Shown here in pieces: positions 61,206 through 64,000 of a stretch of 64,000 nt of DNA. Where the stretch lies: the NCBI GenBank assembly GCA_026023565.1, contig JAPETS010000020.1:186001-250000 (forward strand), read 5' to 3'. The position numbers and the translations under genes are program-made. The first letter of the stretch is position 1. Every line of letters begins with the position of its first letter. A model generated the notes under the pieces. The model worked only from the letters and a program-made list of their open reading frames with translations. It was not told where the DNA came from and did no database searches. Source of the stretch: Cirrosporium novae-zelandiae (Eukaryota).

Positions 61206-64000
61206 TTATTCCTTTGGCGGCTGAGGCGTCTCATCAGCAGCCTCACTCGCATCATCCCCCTTCTCGGACGGCGCATGAAATTCTGGGAATCTACCACTTG
61301 CCATTTCCGCCGTTCGTTCTGCGGCCCTCCATTCTGTGACACTCCGCTCTACCACTTCAAACATTTCTCTCGTGTCCTTTATGACGCCACCCTCATCCAT
61401 TTGATAATCATTATTTGGGACCGCAGCTTCCTCATTATCGTCATCATCGGGTTTATTTCGAAATGCAGGACCAAAGCCGCGTTTCGGATCAAGATTAAAC
61501 ATGACGGCATTAGCAAACATGCGCATAAGTTCTTTCTCCAACTGTGAGGAATTTACTATTCCCTTAGGTGGTATGATATCGAGGGCCTTAGCCATCCAAA
61601 GGCTGGAAGTTTTTGTTGGTGTCGCAGCTCCACGTCCAGGACTCCCAGCATCTCCCTGTGGAGTGCTCACAGTCCCACTCGTCGCGGCGATGGCTCTACT
61701 CCCGGCATATATAGCCGATTTGATGGATTTCAGATCCTGAGGCCGGTATATCAAATCCTTATATCCCGGGGCTTCCCGATTAGTCAAGGGCTTTGCGAAC
61801 ATGGAAGCATGTTTATGCGCTGTTATCTCATTCATAATCGGCTGGCTGATACGAGGAAAATTGCGAGCGCAGAGAATTTGACTATTGTCATTTCGGAAAA
61901 AAGGGCTGGCTACGAAACTGGAGTACTCGGAAGATTCTCGGGCACCGCGTTTGCGCTTCCCCGTTCCGGGTGAGCCTACGTCTTTGGAGGGACTTCGAGC
62001 GTGAATTGCTTGGCGAGAATCTTCATCGGCTGATTCTCCTGGCACGTCAAAATTGGCCGGAGTACTTGGTTGCTCGTGTTTGATCTTCCGTGCCGCTATG
62101 TCTCCTGCATGAGATGCAATCGACTGACTTCTGGTGGACCTTGTTGTCATGGCTGATGCAGTGCTGCCTCTCCTACCTCGACGAGATTTTGCAGGCGCCC
62201 GACTAGGCGTCTTGCTTGGATGACCTATTTTGCCTTCTGCCTCTACTCCTAAAGACGTTGCCTTATTTGATGTTGGGGTTTGTATCTCGGATTGACTTTT
62301 TCTAGACTTTTTCAATTTCGAAGCCTTGGGAATAACAACCTTTAATTCCTCGGGAGGGATTAGTTCTTCCATTGGATCAATGCCCTCCATCTCTGGGCGA
62401 GAGGCCGGCGGCGGAAGTGGCATCCCAGCAGGGGCTTCTGGTGCCTTCCATTTTGCTGTTGAAGGAAGATACATTTCCCTAGGTGGTTGCTTTGGCAACT
62501 CCTGCTGATCTACGAGCATAGGGGTTGGCCTAGGAGCTGGTGTATGCAGCTGTGGACGCTGAGCTGTATTATTCACAAATTGTGCCGGAGCTTGGTGTGG
62601 AGAAGCTATAGTTTGTACGGAAGATCCGCGACCATGTTGCCAGGACTCCTGATTCGAGAGCAGCGGAAGAGTGCGTCCTTGGATATGTGAAGAATACGGT
62701 AATGATGTGTTTGGGGGGAATTGGCCGAAGTTTGAAGACTGCTGGGGATATGGTAGTTGTTGATAATATTGATGCGGGGACTGAGAATGAACTTGATTAC
62801 CCTGCCGTGGAGATTGATGTGGCTGTGGTTGACTTTGCTTGTTCCAGAACGGCTGGCCAATATTATCTGAGCGTGCATCTAAAGGTCTTGCAGGAGATCC
62901 AGGAGCAAAATTCATGCCAGGTACAGGAGGTAGGATTACAGGAGATATTGGAGGTCGAGCGCTGTTTGAATTGGCTTGGAAATTGTTGAGACCGCTTGCC
63001 ATAGGTGGTCTGGGAGCATTTGGAGTGGTTTGGCCTAACTGGGGCGACCTTGAATGATACGCAGGCATGGGAGATGAGAGACGATAACCTGGCCCTGACT
63101 GCTGTGGTGGGGGCAGGTACATCCCCGGTTGCGAGGGAGGTCTATCTGGGGATCTAGCAACTGGAGGAATAGATGCTCCTGGTACTCCAGAAGTGGGTGG
63201 TAATTCAGAACCTGATGGAAATCGTTGATGTTGAATTTGAGGTGAATTACCGGATTGGGACATGCTCATTGAGTCTGATCGATATGGTCGAGACATGCCT
63301 GGAGCTGTTTCCTGTAAACCTTGGATATTTGTACTAGGATCTCTATGACCATGCCCATCTTGATATACTGGGGCTGTGAAACGTTCAGGTCTCGGCAGGA
63401 TGGAACCTGTCGTTGTATGTTGGAGATAAGGAGATGGACTTTGTAGAGGAGCACTACTGCTGCTTCCTTGTCTAGAATGTAAGCTGGTGGGAACATTGTT
63501 CGGACTATGCAAAGCTGTATATGGCCTCAGAGGACTTTGCTCTCCAGATTGACTGGTCTGGTTCATAGGATAGGTCCTAGATTCTGATGCCGACCTCTGA
63601 AGATCATGAGCCTGCTGTTGAAGGCGGGCATCCCATTCTCCTCCTTCGATCTCCCCAATCTCCTTCTGAATATTTTGGATTTTCCGCTCATCTTCGCGGA
63701 TCTCTGCTACCACATGGGCGCGAAATCTCGCATATAGCCTCCGAACAAGATCACCTAGCTTTTGTTCATGCTCTGTATTCTCGTAAGAAACTGGGGATGA
63801 CGACAGTTTTCTTTTTCTTGGAGGATGCTCAGCATCCGTTCCATCGGCACTTCGGCCATTTTGCGAGTCGAGGCGATCTCTATGTTCTTCCTTCAATAAA
63901 CTCAGGTAGAGATGCTTGAGAGCTTCAGGTTGTAAACGGTCGTCACGAAAGGTTGGATTTTCTCGGACGAGATTGTTGGTCATCAATAGTTCCGAAATCT
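61206..64000 (-). CDS. Bromodomain-containing protein (BRD8/Bdc1-like, likely NuA4-associated); 5' end outside the window
   Basis: C-terminal bromodomain IMNEITAHKHASMFAKPL...APGYKDLIYRPQDLKSIK and LEKELMRMFANAVMFN, split by an insert; N-terminal LY..LL.EE and coiled coil (IREDERK); long Pro/Gln/Ser linker. Confidence 0.88.
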   Translation of the reverse strand, partial: ISELLMTNNLVRENPTFRDDRLQPEALKHLYLSLLKEEHRDRLDSQNGRSADGTDAEHPPRKRKLSSSPVSYENTEHEQKLGDLVRRLYARFRAHVVAEIREDERKIQNIQKEIGEIEGGEWDARLQQQAHDLQRSASESRTYPMNQTSQSGEQSPLRPYTALHSPNNVPTSLHSRQGSSSSAPLQSPSPYLQHTTTGSILPRPERFTAPVYQDGHGHRDPSTNIQGLQETAPGMSRPYRSDSMSMSQSGNSPQIQHQRFPSGSELPPTSGVPGASIPPVARSPDRPPSQPGMYLPPPQQSGPGYRLSSPMPAYHSRSPQLGQTTPNAPRPPMASGLNNFQANSNSARPPISPVILPPVPGMNFAPGSPARPLDARSDNIGQPFWNKQSQPQPHQSPRQGNQVHSQSPHQYYQQLPYPQQSSNFGQFPPNTSLPYSSHIQGRTLPLLSNQESWQHGRGSSVQTIASPHQAPAQFVNNTAQRPQLHTPAPRPTPMLVDQQELPKQPPREMYLPSTAKWKAPEAPAGMPLPPPASRPEMEGIDPMEELIPPEELKVVIPKASKLKKSRKSQSEIQTPTSNKATSLGVEAEGKIGHPSKTPSRAPAKSRRGRRGSTASAMTTRSTRSQSIASHAGDIAARKIKHEQPSTPANFDVPGESADEDSRQAIHARSPSKDVGSPGTGKRKRGARESSEYSSFVASPFFRNDNSQILCARNFPRISQPIMNEITAHKHASMFAKPLTNREAPGYKDLIYRPQDLKSIKSAIYAGSRAIAATSGTVSTPQGDAGSPGRGAATPTKTSSLWMAKALDIIPPKGIVNSSQLEKELMRMFANAVMFNLDPKRGFGPAFRNKPDDDDNEEAAVPNNDYQMDEGGVIKDTREMFEVVERSVTEWRAAERTAEMASGRFPEFHAPSEKGDDASEAADETPQPPKE

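Noticed and set aside
1..64000. tRNA, rRNA or TPP-riboswitch search by eye
   Set aside because: GGTTCGA-like hits (e.g. ~41718, ~49194) lack cloverleaf context, and no 5S or TPP aptamer motifs were seen. A tRNAscan-SE/Infernal run would be needed to exclude them formally.

Overview
Eukaryotic, intron-containing, gene-dense window from a filamentous ascomycete (Pezizomycotina-type gene structures: short GT-AG introns with CTRAY branch points). About 25 protein-coding genes can be assembled by hand. Most are conserved housekeeping genes: Zn2Cys6 TF, ISA1, Dabb, Dsc3, Y-family pol iota-like, mitochondrial GrpE, Uds1-domain protein, metallophosphoesterase, RPS8, DUF2470 membrane protein, Rgp1, ATE1, Aps1/Ddp1 Nudix, mitochondrial S7, SPX phosphate transporter, secreted EEP-jacalin, DUF1992, OB-fold protein, F-box protein, HMG-CoA lyase, DPH1 and a bromodomain protein. 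Intergenic DNA is very rich in microsatellites. The ~21-28 kb stretch looks accessory, with two orphan ORFs, a MITE-like fold-back, a probable solo LTR and a decayed tandem duplication. The most notable unexplained signals are a 132-codon ATG-free in-frame extension plus an overlapping uORF in front of the SPX transporter (candidate non-AUG initiation), an unusually long hairpin-containing first intron in ATE1, and a Shieldin-like OB-fold protein. I saw no tRNA, rRNA, CRISPR array or intact transposon. All family calls come from motif recognition, not database searches.
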